From: Eledone cirrhosa | Taxonomy: Eukaryota | Assembly: GCA_964016885.1 (NCBI GenBank) | Contig: OZ024742.1 | Span: 252,340,001 to 252,404,000 of the forward strand | DNA length: 64,000 nt | Reading direction: 5' to 3' | Shown here: one piece after another, positions 13,390 through 26,263 of the stretch | Layout of the letters: every line of letters starts with the position of its first letter | Position numbering within the stretch: the stretch's first letter is position 1 | Program-made: the position numbers and the translations under genes | The notes under the pieces: model-generated | What the model saw: only the letters and a program-made list of their open reading frames with translations | What the model was told of the DNA's origin: nothing | Database searches by the model: none

Positions 13390-16300
13390 TGTTGTGAAGT
13401 GGTTGGTGACAGGAAGGGCATCTAGCAAGTAAAACCCTGCCAAAATCGTGAAAAGCACAACCAATATTATTTTCACTAGTTGCGAATACAGGGTTAACAC
13501 TAGTTATGTTAGTGCTGCACATGGTAGTGAGGTGGCTAGAGCAGCCATGTGCAAGAACCGCTCAACTGTCATCAAGCAATCGCTTTCAGGTACATTTTCC
13601 TTTCAGGTACATAGAACCTCTAGCCAAAGAGGTAACAACAACTGTCAAGGTACAATTCCCAGGACTGCCACCCTCAATGTTGGTACCCTGAAAGGCAGAT
13701 CAGGTGAAATTGTGAAACTAATAAAGAGAAGAAAAATAGATGTATGCTGTGTACAAGAAGTGAGATGGTTGGGTGCCTCAGCAAGACTACTTACAGGCAA
13801 GCAACTTAGATATAAACTCTACTGAATAAGAAATAACAATAGGGTAGGAGGTGTAGGCATCCTACAAGCTGAGAAATGTATAGAGAAGGTGATAGAGGTA
13901 GTTAGAGTAAGTGACAGAATCAACAAGCTTAGATTGGTGACAATTACATCTACCTATGCTTCGCAGGCAGGACTAAGTAAAGACCAAAAGGACAGGTTCA
14001 ATGAGGAACTTTTACAGACAACTTCAGGTATTGATGAAAGAGACCTCATCATCCTGGTAGGTGACTTTAATGGACATGTGGGACAGTACCAAATTGGATT
14101 CAACAGAGTTCATGGTGGCTATGGTTATGGCTCAAGGAATGAAGAGGGACTGAGACTCTTGGAATTCTGTGATGCAAATGAATTTGCAACACAAATTTCA
14201 GGAAACCAGCCAAATACCTGACTTCATATCAATCTGGTGAACACACAAGCCAAATTGATTACTTATGTAGTGCTCTCTAGACAAGGGAAGTAGCTAGAGT
14301 TACTTCCCATTGAAATTCTAGAACCTTCCTTGTAACTTCCGGTCAAGAGATTATAAAAGAGGGAACTCAAATCTATCTTCCTCTATTTCTGGCGTTTTTT
14401 TCCAAGCTGATCACACCGAGCGCAAGCATGCCAGCCTTTTTCTAACCACCTCTCATGCTTCAGGATTGTACCATATTGTGACACGAAGATATTTGATTTA
14501 CCACATTTGTAACATGGACTACATTAAAAATGCAAGTTAATTTTGATATTCATTTGAGAAATTTGTCAATTCTTCAATCATTATTTTTGTAGTGAGAGAT
14601 AATTCTCACACGGCATGATGTTGTATAACAATTCTCCTATCTCATGTTTCTATTAAATTTAGTAGTTGGGATCCGGTGGTACTTACTGGAGTAAGTAACC
14701 CTGGGACTAGCTCACTAAACTTATTTGTTAGACAACAAGACAAATGGACTGTAATAAATACTAAAGCCTTCCCTGAGGAAGAATGCATTGCCCAGCACAA
14801 GTTAGTTATTAGAGACATCAAAATAAACACAAGACAGAACAAGACATGCAGGAAAATATGGAGATAAAGGGCATGGAAGCTAAATATGGAAGGTCACAGT
14901 TAAATATAGGTTTAGAAAGGCCCTACACAATGCACTTGATGAGAGGGATGATGAGCTAGATACATATAATGTAGAGCACAACTGGGAATTCTTATGTGAC
15001 AACCATTTGCAAACTACTGGAAAGACTAAAATATGCACGCGTTAAAAGAGGAAAACCACATGGGTATTGCATGGCGGGTAAGTTGAATAGAATGTATAGC
15101 TACTAAAAAGTAGCAGCCAGAATCATTCGATATATCAAAAGCTCAATTAAAGCATAGGAGCTCAATTTATCAAAATTACATGTTGAGTTAAAAACTCACA
15201 ATAGTCCCTTATAACCAAATTATTATCTTTAGCCAATACATTCTTCACCTTGGCAGTTTGTGTCCCTTATGATTTGAACATACATATATATATATAACAC
15301 ACTGTGTTATATATATATATCTCATCATTTCTGACTTTGGTTGTTATCAAGCCAGTGCACTCTACCATGCTTGCTGCTGGAACTTAACATAAGCGAAAAC
15401 ATTGTTTAGAAGCCTATGTATATGGGCTATCAGCTGATAGCTCTATATGTAAATGAGGCTGATCAGTGCATGTACATAGGCTACTAAACTATATGTAGGG
15501 AGCACTTGCTTAATAATGACAAGAGTCAGAAATGATGACGTCACTATCACTAGTTACCCATCTTAAGCTTCTGCCGGGACATGCTAGATGGTGCTATGCC
15601 ACCAGTTTTCAAATTCATAGCTGAAGGCTTTCAAAATGTTTATTTATACACATACTGATTAGGGACCGGGTAAAACTAGATGAGAAGAAGTTTGCGTTTG
15701 TGCCAGGAAAAAGCACCACTGATGCTCGCTTCCTTGTGAGGCAGTTACAGGAAAAGTACCTAGCTAAAAGTAAGCTGCTCTGCCTGGTATTTGTCAATCT
15801 GGAAAAAGCCTTCGACAGAGTACCCCATGCTATAATCTGGTAGGCTCTTAGAAAACTAGGAGTAGATGAATGGCTTGTGAAAGCCGTACAAGCCATGTAT
15901 AGGGGAGCAGTCACAAAGTTAGGGTTAACAATGACTATAGTGAGGAATTCAGCATACAGGTCGGTGTTCATAGGGCTCTGTTTTTAGCCCTCTCCTGTTT
16001 ATTATAGTATTGCAGGCTATAACAAAGGAGTTTAAGACTGGATGCCCATGGGAACTTCTGTATGCAGATGATCTTACACTTATAGCTGAAACTATGGCAG
16101 AACGAAAGATGAAATTTCAAACATGGAAACAGGGACTAGAAAGAAGGGGTCTCAAAGTCAACCTGACAAAGACTAAGGTCCTTGTAAGTAAACGAGAAAA
16201 CAGAAACCATATCCCCCTCAGGGAAATGGCCTTGCTCACTATGTAGGAAAGGTGTAGGTAGAAATTCCATCCTCTGCCCCAAATGCAAACTATGGGTACA

Positions 16301-17310
16301 GAAGAGATTTAGTGGGATCTCAGGAAACTAAGTTAGGAATGTAGGCTTTTCATGTAGCAGCTGCACCGGGTCAGTAAGCAGCAAACGGCCACAGAAACAA
16401 GCACTACCAAACTCTGGGAGGGCTCTGTAGATAGCTTCTGCTACCAAGGTGACCAAATTAACAGCAGAGGTGGGTGTTCTGAAAGTACAGTAACGGGATG
16501 GAAGAAGTTCAGGGAGCTACTACCACTGCTAGTTGCAAAAGGCTATTCCCTCAAAATGAAAGGCAGACTGTATGCTGCATGCATATGAACAGCAATGTTA
16601 CATGGTAGTGAGACCTGGGCACAGTGTGTAGAAGACTTGCATAGATTAGAAAGAAACGAAGCCTGCATGCTCCGATGGATGTGTAATAGTAATATACGTG
16701 AACGGCAAAGCATAAACGAATTGAGAGAGAGATTGAGCATCAGAGGAATCAAATGCTGTGTGCAGGAGAAGCGGATGCGTTGGTATGGACATGTGATGCA
16801 TATGAAGGATGACAGCTGAATAAAAAGGTGCAGAGCACTAAAAGTCGATGGAAGCCATGGAGTGGGGAGACCCAAGAAGACCTGGGATGAGGTGATAAAA
16901 GTGGACTTTGCCCAATTGCACCTCTCAAAGGCGATGACACAGGACCGTGACGTCTGGTGTCACGCAGTAATTCAGAAGACCTGACTTCCCACAGGAACAA
17001 TCCAAAGCTGAAGCATATAGACAATATGCCCCTTCCCCTCCCACTGCAAAGTGGTCGTGGAGGTGTCACGACAAAAAAGCACCCAGCACTCACTGTAAAG
17101 TGGTCATGTAGGCGCCACGAAAAAAAAAGCACCCAGCCCTCACTGTAAATGAGGTTGGTGTTAGGAAGGGCATCCAGCTGTAGAAATCAAGCCAAAATCA
17201 GTTCCCGTATGAGTAAGACAGGGTCACCTATCCTGACATTTCCCACAACAGGACAACCCATCTAAACTATGCTAGCGTGGAAGAAATGGACGTAAAATGG
17301 TGATGATGAT
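13390..17310 (+). mobile_element. Degenerate near-full-length RTE LINE with secondary insertions
   Basis: APE motifs (TLNVGTL, CVQEVRW, GDFNGHVG), RT (QEKYL, ELLYADD), PHD remnant, family B 3' UTR and (GAT)n; many stops and frameshifts. Confidence 0.9.
14266..14719. mobile_element. Solo LTR inserted in the RTE APE domain
   Basis: Starts TGTAGTG and ends CACTAAA (likely from CACTACA); 4-bp TSD CTTA; internal TATAAAA; removing it restores IDYLFVR. Confidence 0.7.
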
Positions 17311-18111
17311 ACCATATATTGCCAGATATACAAATTCCCGTATTTCATATGCACAGCTATGTTAGAGTTAATAACCCTTATTTTATCTTCCTGCTGAACC
17401 AGCCAATACTCTATATGCAAATGAGGTTGATCAGTTCATGTATATAGGCTTCCAAACTATATGTTTTCGCTTATGATAAGTTCCAGCAGTGAGCGGGGTA
17501 GGGAGCACTAACTTGATAATGACCAGAGTCAGAAATGACTAATTAGGGCTTTTATGGGAAGAGCAGATATTCCCAAAGAAGCCCTAATTAGTAGAACATA
17601 TCAGTTTTAAAAAAAAACCTGCACTAATAGGAAATGCATAGTCTAAAATTTAAGCCCACAAACCAACTGCAAAACTAGGAACGTAGTATATAACATAAGA
17701 TGTACTGAGGAACAGCGTAGGAATAAGAACACAACATACATAGGTGAGACAGCCCGTAGCATAGGACAAAGAATAAATGAACACTGGCAAGAACTCCAAG
17801 ATGGAAAAATCTCATCAGTACTCAACCAACATGCCAAAATGGAACATAGGGGCACACTAGAGAATATGGAGATAAAAATTATATCCACTCACAGAAAAGA
17901 CACAATGCTCCTACAAATTACATAAGCAACAAACATGAGTGGAATAGGAACAACATCACAACTAGTAATTAAGGACAAAATGAAGACATACAGAGACACA
18001 GAAGAACCAAACTAATAAAACAAACCAGACACACAGAAATAGAACAAACAAGCAACCAGCTTGTGACAAGTAAATAAACACATAAATAAATAAATAATAA
18101 AACACACACCT

Positions 18112-18520
18112 GGATGTCCCTTCTTGGTTGTCCATCGTAAACGATGATGACATCTTCTGCATTGTTGTTCCCATCTGCCGTGGGCACGAAGGTGGCTGTG
18201 GAGGCTGATCCTTGACTTGCAGGTCCAGGGACAGTGGGGCAGAGGAAGAGGCCGGAGTCACTTGGGCAGCTGCTGATGCCTTTCTCCTCCTTTCACGGGC
18301 CTCAGTGACCTCTGCCCGTCTCTTCTCTTCAAAAGAGTCTTTGGCGCATCTGGTAAGGGCTCGCCACTCAATCCTGTCCTGAGCATGGGACTCGAGTTGT
18401 TTTGGGGTATTCCAGTGTTGTTGATGCTGGACTTCACATAGTCTTTGATCCTCTTGAGAGGCCTGCTCTGCTTTCGTTTCCCTGAACAGAGTTCCCCATA
18501 CATCAGTTGTTTCGAAGTAA
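18112..18520 (-). mobile_element. 3' fragment of a different RTE-like LINE with terminal C2H2 knuckle
   Basis: KQLMYGELCSGKR..RPLKR.KD..K, AQDRIEWR, and terminal CPWTCKSRISLHSHLRAH in a shifted frame. Confidence 0.75.
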
Positions 18521-18609
18521 TGCATGCACAAACCAAGTACACAGCACACAACACATAAAAATAAGATGGTGTAGGACAGAACAAAGGAGAGACACAAAAT
18601 AAGAACTCA

Positions 18610-18652
18610 GTCACTGAGGAGGTCACAGAATGTGTGACGAAAGAGCTTTGAC
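18610..18652 (+). ncRNA. Minimal hammerhead-like motif (P6)
   Basis: GTCA CTGAGGA G GTCACA-GAATG-TGTGAC GAAA GAGC TT TGAC; stem III is weak. Confidence 0.55.
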
Positions 18653-18900
18653 ATATATAAACAACCATCCGATTATTGAACCAACCAACCAGAAATTCAT
18701 GATAAATTGAAGTGAAAACCAACAGGTGCATGTGTTTTCATTGGCAGCATGACCCTCCCAAAGTATATAAAAATATATATATACATATCATCATAATCAT
18801 TATAGTCATTTTAATGTTCTCTTTCCCAGCTAGCAAAGTTTATATATATATATGAAAATTAGGATTGGTGCTCTGAAATAGCGATGTATACATGAATGTA

Positions 18901-19240
18901 TCATCCTCATCATCATTTCATTTTATGTCCGCTTTTTCCCTGCTTGCAAGGGTAGGACGGGAACTGATGCTGGCTTGATTTCTACAGCTGGATGCCCTTC
19001 CTAACACCAACCTCATTTTACAGTGAGTGCTGGGTGCTTTTTTTGCCGTGGCACCTCCACGACCAGTTTGCAGTGGAATGATATGGACCCCAGTCCCTAT
19101 CACCTCATTTCTACAGCTGAGTAAACTGGAGCAATGTGAAATAAAGTGTCTTGCTCAAGGAAACAACACATCACCCGGTCTGAGAATTGAACTCACAACC
19201 TTTCGATTGCAAGGCTAATGCTCTAACCACTAAGCCATGT
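18901..19240 (-). mobile_element. SINE family S2 inserted in a P5 pLTR
   Basis: Reverse complement of 9144-9463; interrupts the P5 terminal sequence. Confidence 0.88.
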
Positions 19241-19418
19241 ATGTATGTATAGTATATTTGGCAATATACTGTATGTTTAATTAAAAACATTTTGAAGACC
19301 TTGCGCTATTATTTTAAAGTAGTGACTATGTCACTTACTTCTTTTTTCAGCAAAGGAAGTGAGAGAAGCTGTTGGTGTTCATCAGAGCCTAGCACTCGCC
19401 GACCTTTGCCGAAAAAAA

Positions 19419-19459
<41 letters not shown>

Positions 19460-19584
19460 TGTATGTATAGTATATTTGGCAATATACCGTATGTTTAATT
19501 AAAAACATTTAGAAGACCATACGCCATCAGTTTTAAAGTAGTCACTATGTTACTTACTTCTTTTCGGCGAAAGAAGGGAGAGAA

Positions 19585-19623
19585 GCTAACAGTCTGTTTC
19601 ACGCTGTTGGCGTTCATCAGAGC
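19585..19623 (-). ncRNA. Minimal type I hammerhead (P5), GUU triplet
   Basis: GCT CTGATGA ACGC-CAACA-GCGT GAAA CAGACTG TT AGC. Confidence 0.7.
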
Positions 19624-19884
19624 CACGTACTCCCCGCTTTCACCAAAAATTATAGAAGCTGGATTCTTATAGAATTCCAGTAATAATCAGGAGCTGATTA
19701 TACAGAGCGATTGCCAAATATACTATACATACATTCATGTATACATCGCTATTTCAGAGCACCAATCCTAATACCTAACTTTTGCTGGACCGGCAATCGC
19801 TCTGTATAATCAGCTCCTGATTATTACTGGAATTCTAAAAGAATCCAACTTCTATAATTTTCGGCAAAAGCAGGGGAGTACGTG

Positions 19885-19924
19885 GCTCTGATGAACACCA
19901 ATCAGCGTGAAACAGACTGTCAGC
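19885..19924 (+). ncRNA. Minimal type I hammerhead (P5), GUC triplet
   Basis: GCT CTGATGA ACACCAATCAGCGT GAAA CAGACTG TC AGC. Confidence 0.7.
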
Positions 19925-20784
19925 TTCTCTCCCTTCTTTCGCCGAAATGAAGTTAGTGACATAGTCACTACTTTAAAACCGATAGCGTATGGTCTTCGAA
20001 ATGTTTTTAATTAAACATACGGTAACCCATGCTAGCGTGGAAGAACGGACGTAAAACGGTGATGATGATGATGATGATACTCTACATACATTCATGTATA
20101 CATCGCTATTTCAGAGCATCAATCCTAATATATATATATATACAAATACATGCACACATCGAAAATGTTTACACTCATAGATAATTGTATATTTATATGT
20201 ATGTATGCTTGTAAATATGTTCATAGATGTGTATATGCTATATATATACATTACTAAAATGCCTATTGAATATTTTGCAGGAAATCTACATAAAAGGAAA
20301 CAGTCACGAAATATAGCTAATTAGCTGAATTTTATCACCTCGAAAACTCAAGAGCTATAGCAATTACTGTTACTATCTAACAATATTAATAGGGTCGTGC
20401 ACTTACAACAATTACCAAACTATTTGAAAAAGCTGTGAGTACATGAAATTATTCAGATACAGAGACTATACTGAATTACACAACACTGTTCTATGTGTAA
20501 GAGGTGTTCAGATACTACATTTTAATTTTTCATACAAGTAGTTTTATAAGAATGTATTAGCTGTTGCTTATTATTAACTCTTTAGATACACAAAAACAAA
20601 CACACACACGCATACACATACCTATAATGCTTTCTTTACAAAGTTTATTAAAAAGAACTACCAGTTTTATTCTGTTGCAATTGCAATACATTTTCAGTTG
20701 TATGTCAAATATAACACACACACACATACACACACACACAGATTTGAAAATGAATGAACAAAACATAGGAGGCATTGTACACAG

Positions 20785-20824
<40 letters not shown>

Positions 20825-21029
20825 ACATTCAATAAAAACACCAGGATTTTTTCATTCTGATGACAGAAAGCAGATTTGTTTGCTTTCAAAAAACCACTGG
20901 TAAATGAAATAATTATCTTATGTTGTTTATTACATAACTATTAAGCTCTGTAACCTACATAGAATACTCTTTTTTTCCTGGACCTTTCCGACGAAATGAC
21001 TTCATTTATATATATATATATAGATATAG

Positions 21030-23047
21030 ATATGAAGATGGGTAAGGTGGCCGGGCCTTCGGAAATAGTTGCTGAAATGCTGAAAGCATCTGGAACGGTG
21101 GGACACACTATGGTCACCCGGATAGTAAACCAAGTCATACAGAATGGGGCCGTTCCGAAGGACAGGCGTAGCACCATCATCATTAACTGCTACAAGGGTA
21201 AAGGAGATGCTCTTGATAGGGGTAACTATAGAGGCATTAAATTAATCGACCAGGTCATGAAGGTCACAGAAAAAGTAACAGCGCAACTAATCAGAGAACG
21301 AATTGATCTAGATGAAATGCAGTTCGGGTTTGTGTCAAGTAAAAGTACCACAGATGCTCTTTTCATTGTATGACAACTACAAGAGAAGTACCTAGCTAAA
21401 AGTAAACCCTTATACTTAGCTTTTGTTGACTTGGAGAAAGCCTTTGACAGCCGCTCCATTATCTGGTGGGCGCTTAGAAAACTAGGTGTTGATGAATGGT
21501 TTGTGAGAGTTATACAAGCCATGTATAAAGAAACAGTCAGCAAGGTTAGAATTAACAACGAATATAGTGAAGAGTTTAGCGTAAAAGTTGGTGTTCATCA
21601 GGGCTCCGTTCTTAGCCCCCTACTATTTATTATTGCCCTTCAGGCTATAACAGAGGAGTTCAAGACCGGCTGCCCATGGGAACTCCTATATGCAGATGAT
21701 CTAACACTCATAGCTGAATGAATGGCTGAACTAGAGAAGAAATTCCAACATGGAAGCATGGCCTAGAATCAAAAGGCCTTAAAGTTAACTTGTCTAAGAC
21801 TAAAGTTCTAGTTTGTAGGAAGGAAAATAGGGCACCGGTCCCATCTGGGAAATGGCCATGCTCAGTGTGTAGGAAAGGAGTAGGCAGAAACTCCATTTTA
21901 TGTCCCAAATGCAAATTATGGGTGCATAAAAGATGTAGTGGGATCACAGGTAAGCTAACTAAGAATATAGATTTTATATGTGGCCGGTGCTCTGGTGCAA
22001 TAAGTAGCAGCAAGTGCCCACAGAATACTAGCTCATTCCATTGCACAGATGGTTCTATAGAAATAGTGGACACCTTCTGTTACCTGGGTGACAAAATCAG
22101 CAGTGGAGGAGGGTGCTCTGAAAGTACAGTAGCTAGAGTCAGAACGGGATGGAAAAAGTTCAGAGAGCTTATACCACTATTGGTCGCTAAAGGGTTCTCT
22201 CTAAAAATGAAAGGCTGGCTGTATGATGCCTGCATACGAACAGCAATGTTACATGGCAGTGAGACATGACAGCTGTATAAAAAAAGTTGATAGAAGCTAT
22301 GGAGTAGGAAGATCCAGGAAGACTTGGGATGAGGTAATAAAAGCTGACCTTGCACAATTGCATCTCTCAAAGTTGATGACACAGGACAAGATCTCTGGCA
22401 TTGTGCAGTAATGTAGAAGACCCTCCTCCACTTCCCATGAGCTCAGGCTAAAGCATACATTTAGTATGCTTCACCTCAAGCCCCCTTCCATACATATCCC
22501 ATGTCCTAACACCCCCATGCATGTCCTAACACTCCACCCCTCACACACGCCCCTATACCCATCTTCCCAATTCCCACACACCTCCGCCACCAAAGTCCCC
22601 AGTTCACACTGTAAAGTGGTTATGTAGGTGTCTCAACAAAAAGCACCCAACCCACACTGTAAATGTGGTTGATGTTAGGAAGGGCATCCAGCCATAGAAA
22701 CCTAGCCAAAATCAGTTCTGTGTGAGCAAGACATGGTCATCTGACCTGGCCTATCTCACAATGGGAAAACTTGTTTAACCCTTTAGAATTTAAACCGGCC
22801 ATATCAGGCCAGAATTCGCTCACCTCTTTCTGTTCAAACTGGCCATAACTTGACGTTTATACCAACATTAAGGTATTGTTCTTAAAATAAATAATAACAT
22901 CATCAAAATCTCGTAGATTTGATATTATGTGAGATAATTGTAGATTTACTGCAAAAATATAATAGTAGAGTTATGTAAATGCTAAAGGGTTAAACCATGC
23001 TAGCATGGAAAATGGATGTTAAACAGTGATAAATAAGATGATGATGA
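21030..23047 (+). mobile_element. 5'-truncated RTE LINE family B (RT, PHD finger, 3' UTR)
   Basis: ORF pieces 20996-22269 closely match 46111-47340; (GAT)n tail; MITE inserted in the 3' UTR. Confidence 0.93.
22775..22993. mobile_element. piggyBac-type MITE
   Basis: TTAA|CCCTTTAG..TTT...AAATGCTAAAGGG|TTAA. Confidence 0.8.
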
Positions 23048-23368
23048 TATATATATGAGACATTTTAACTGCAGTAGTTTTACTTGAAGGCCCTTCCAAT
23101 ATGAAAATTGGAATTTGTGATAATTCTGACATGATTTTCTGATTGTATCAATACAAGGATACATGTGCTAAGTATTCATATGAGTACTGGTGAAGATGTG
23201 TATATTAGTTGTTAAGCTGTTCAGCTCATGATCATAAGGTTATAAGTTCAACTCCCAGTGCTATACTGTGTCTTTATACAAGACACTTTATTTCATGTTA
23301 CTCCAATATATTCAGTTGGCAAAAATGCCTTGTCACACCATATGTCATGTTGAATTTCCCTAACTAGA

Positions 23369-23597
23369 TTAATTCTTTAGCATTTACATTACTCTATATT
23401 TACTATTATATTTTCATGGTAAAGGCTTTACCTTACATAATTATCTCACATAATATCGAATCTATGAGATTTTGATATTATTTACTTTGAGAACAATATC
23501 TTAATATCAGTTTGAGTGGTCAGTTATAGTCAGTTTGAACAGAAAGAGGTGAGGGAATTCTGGCTGGAAACTGTCGGAATAAATGCTAAAGGGTTAA
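23369..23597. mobile_element. piggyBac-type MITE inserted in an old SINE
   Basis: Same family, TTAA flanks. Confidence 0.75.
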
Positions 23598-24499
23598 GAG
23601 TAAACATTTCTGTTGAATGCTCAGCCACACGCATGTTAATTTCACTAGCTTGCTGTTTCATTGATCAAAGCAACTGGAACACTCATTGTCTGAACAAATG
23701 GAGATCCTCTACACAAACACATGTGAGTTTTCAGAGGGCTGATAAGGTAATTACATTGAGTGGGTTTGATATCATTGGCTGTCACATTATATTTACTTTC
23801 ACGTTTGTTCTATATTTGTTCTACACAAGACTCTGTTTAAAATATAAACATATTCTGTTTTATAAATAGCATAAAAATATAAAATAATGTAGAAATCAAC
23901 TTAGTTACATACCTAGAATAGCTGTGATCCTTTTATTTTCCTATTGCAGTCCAAATATTATTCTCCTTTTTTCAAAATAACTTGTCTTTATACATTAATT
24001 TATATATTATATATTTTTATTTTTGTTTTTGTTTTTTATTCTTGGTAATTTTTTTTTCTTCAAATTTATTGTCTTTTTTTTTCCCCAAAAAATGTTCAGT
24101 AATTTGCCTAAGATAGACATTTTTCTGACCATTACTGTTGAAGATTTTTCAGTGCATTAGTTCATCTTTACTCCTTTCTCTCAATATAGCACAGACATAG
24201 CTGCTGTTGTTAAACACTTTGTAATGTTACTTTTCTTATATACTTTTATCAAATGTGATTTTATTGATTTCTCTAGTGTAACTTCCCAGTCATTATAGCC
24301 TAGAATTGACAAGAAAAATATTGTGACAGTCTTCACAAAAAATATGTATTTCTTAACAAATCTTGTTAGAAAATATCTTAGAGATTTTTTTTCTAATCTT
24401 CCAACCAATATCATGTAACCTTTTCTATATTGTTACAAAAAAATATGTATTTTTCTCTTCAATAATTGTTGATTTTGTTTTCGTTGTTGCATTTGTGTT

Positions 24500-24910
24500 T
24501 GTTACTTACTGTTATTGGTGGTGGTGGTGGTGGTAGTGGTGGTGCATCTGCTGCCGATGATGATTACAAAGTAGCAGCTGATTATAATGATTTTGTCATC
24601 TCCCCACTTCTTCTGCTCCTTATCATCATCATCATCACCACCATCACCATTAACCTCATATATCATCATCACTAATACAGTTGTATTTGCTACTGCCAAT
24701 ACTTTCTCCACTACCATCATTGTCATCATCATTGTCGTTGTCATCATCATCATCATTATTATCCCCATAATATCATCATCATCAATGCAGTTGCATTTGC
24801 TATTGTCAATACTTCCACCACTTTTATCATCATAGTTGTCATCGCCATCGGTGTCATCATCATCATCATCATCATCATCATCAACATCATCATTACCATT
24901 ATCATCAACT
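24500..24910. repeat. (CAT)n/(GGT)n trinucleotide low-complexity tract
   Basis: Direct reading. Confidence 0.85.
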
Positions 24911-25208
24911 TTGGTGCCATTTGATCCTTTTAATTTGATCCTTAATAACATTTGGCACAAGGCCAGCAATTTGAAGGGAAGGTGAAAATTGATTAAATCT
25001 ACCCCAGTGTATTACTAGTACTTTATTTTATTAACCCCAAAAGGATGAAAGACAAAGCTAACCTCTGCAGGATTTGAACTTAGAATGTGAAGAGCCATAA
25101 CTAAATGCTGCAAAGCATTTTACCTTCTGCTGTAATGATCCTGCCAATCTACCATCCTTAATTCATCCTTAACCCTTTAGCATTTGCATTATTCTCTATA
25201 TATGAGGG

Positions 25209-25395
25209 CGGTGGATTGGCAGTATCGGTAGAGGGTCGGACGCCATGCTTTCCAGCATAGTTACGTCCCTTTACGATCTGAGTTCAAATCCCGCCGAGGT
25301 TGACTTTGCCTTTCATCCTTACGGGGTCGATAAAATAAAGTACCAGTAATGCACTGGGTAATTGCTGGCCTTGTGCCTAAAGTAGAAACAATTAT
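25209..25395 (+). mobile_element. SINE family S1 with 21-bp TSD
   Basis: ATTATTCTCTATATATGAGGG at 25188-25208 and 25391-25411. Confidence 0.9.
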
Positions 25396-25403
25396 TCTCT
25401 ATA

Positions 25404-26263
25404 TATGAGGGAAATCCCCAAAATAAGGTCTCCAAAGTGATGGGGATGCAGAGAAACTGTTCGTATGGCTGTTGGCAACACTGTTGTGATTGGTGCTTCC
25501 TTCACTCCCAAACAAGCATTCGCGTGCTTCGCTGGGATGCTCAATCTTGGCTTGGCAGCCGTTGAGAATGGAGCGCCCATTGAACACTACCGCCAAGTGC
25601 GAAGTTCGTGCAGTTATTCGGTTTTTGAATGCAAAAGGCGCTGAACCAATTGAAATTCATCGCCAATTGACAGAAGTGTATGGACAGTCGTGCATGGATG
25701 TCAAAAACGTTTGCAAGTGGTGTAGAGAGTTTACAGCCGGTCGTACTGAAATTCACGACAAACAAAGGAGCGGGAGACCGTCAATTTCCGACGAGACAGT
25801 TGCAAAGGTTGAGGAAAACATGCGTAAAGATCGGTGGATCACTCTGGATGCTCTCTGCATTTTGGTTCCTGAGGTTTCCCAAAGCACCATCCACAGGATT
25901 TTAACGGAAAAATTGCGACTGTCTCATCAGAAATTGATGGTACCCCGCTCCTTTGTTCGTTTTTGACATCCATGCATGACTGTCCATACACTTCCGTCAA
26001 TTGCCAATGAATTTCAATCGGTTCAATGCCTTTTGCATTCAAAAACCGAATAACTGCGCGAACTTCGCACTTGGCGGTAGTGTTCAACGGGAGCTTTATT
26101 CTCAACGGCTGCCAAGCCAAGATTGAGCATCCCAGCAAAGTGCACGCATGCTTGTTTGGGAGTGAAGGAAGCACCAATCACAACAGTGTTGCCAACAGCC
26201 ATACGAACAATTTCTTTGCGTCCCCATCACTTTGGAGACCTTACTTTTGGGATTGCCCTCGTA
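25404..26263. mobile_element. Palindromic mariner derivative (two inverted left ends, transposase HTH only)
   Basis: TA-flanked TIRs TATGAGGG..CCCTCGTA; MERPL..VRAVIRFL..IHRQLTEVYG..RSGRPS on + and an internally deleted inverted copy on -; no DD34D domain. Confidence 0.88.

Larger units (their letters stand above)
17535..18760 (+). mobile_element. 5'-truncated Penelope-like element (family P6) with degenerate GIY-YIG
   Basis: About 17620-17940 translates CKTRNVVYNIRC...YIGETARSIGQRINEH...NQHAKMEH...IT*A; hammerhead-like motif downstream at 18610. Confidence 0.75.
18858..20130. mobile_element. Non-coding Penelope-like pLTR cluster (family P5), tandem plus inverted copies
   Basis: Minus copies 18858-19410 and 19456-19715, plus terminus 19710-19772, plus copy 19792-20130; common end TACATCGCTATTTCAGAGCACCAATCCTAAT next to (TA)n. 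Confidence 0.7.
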
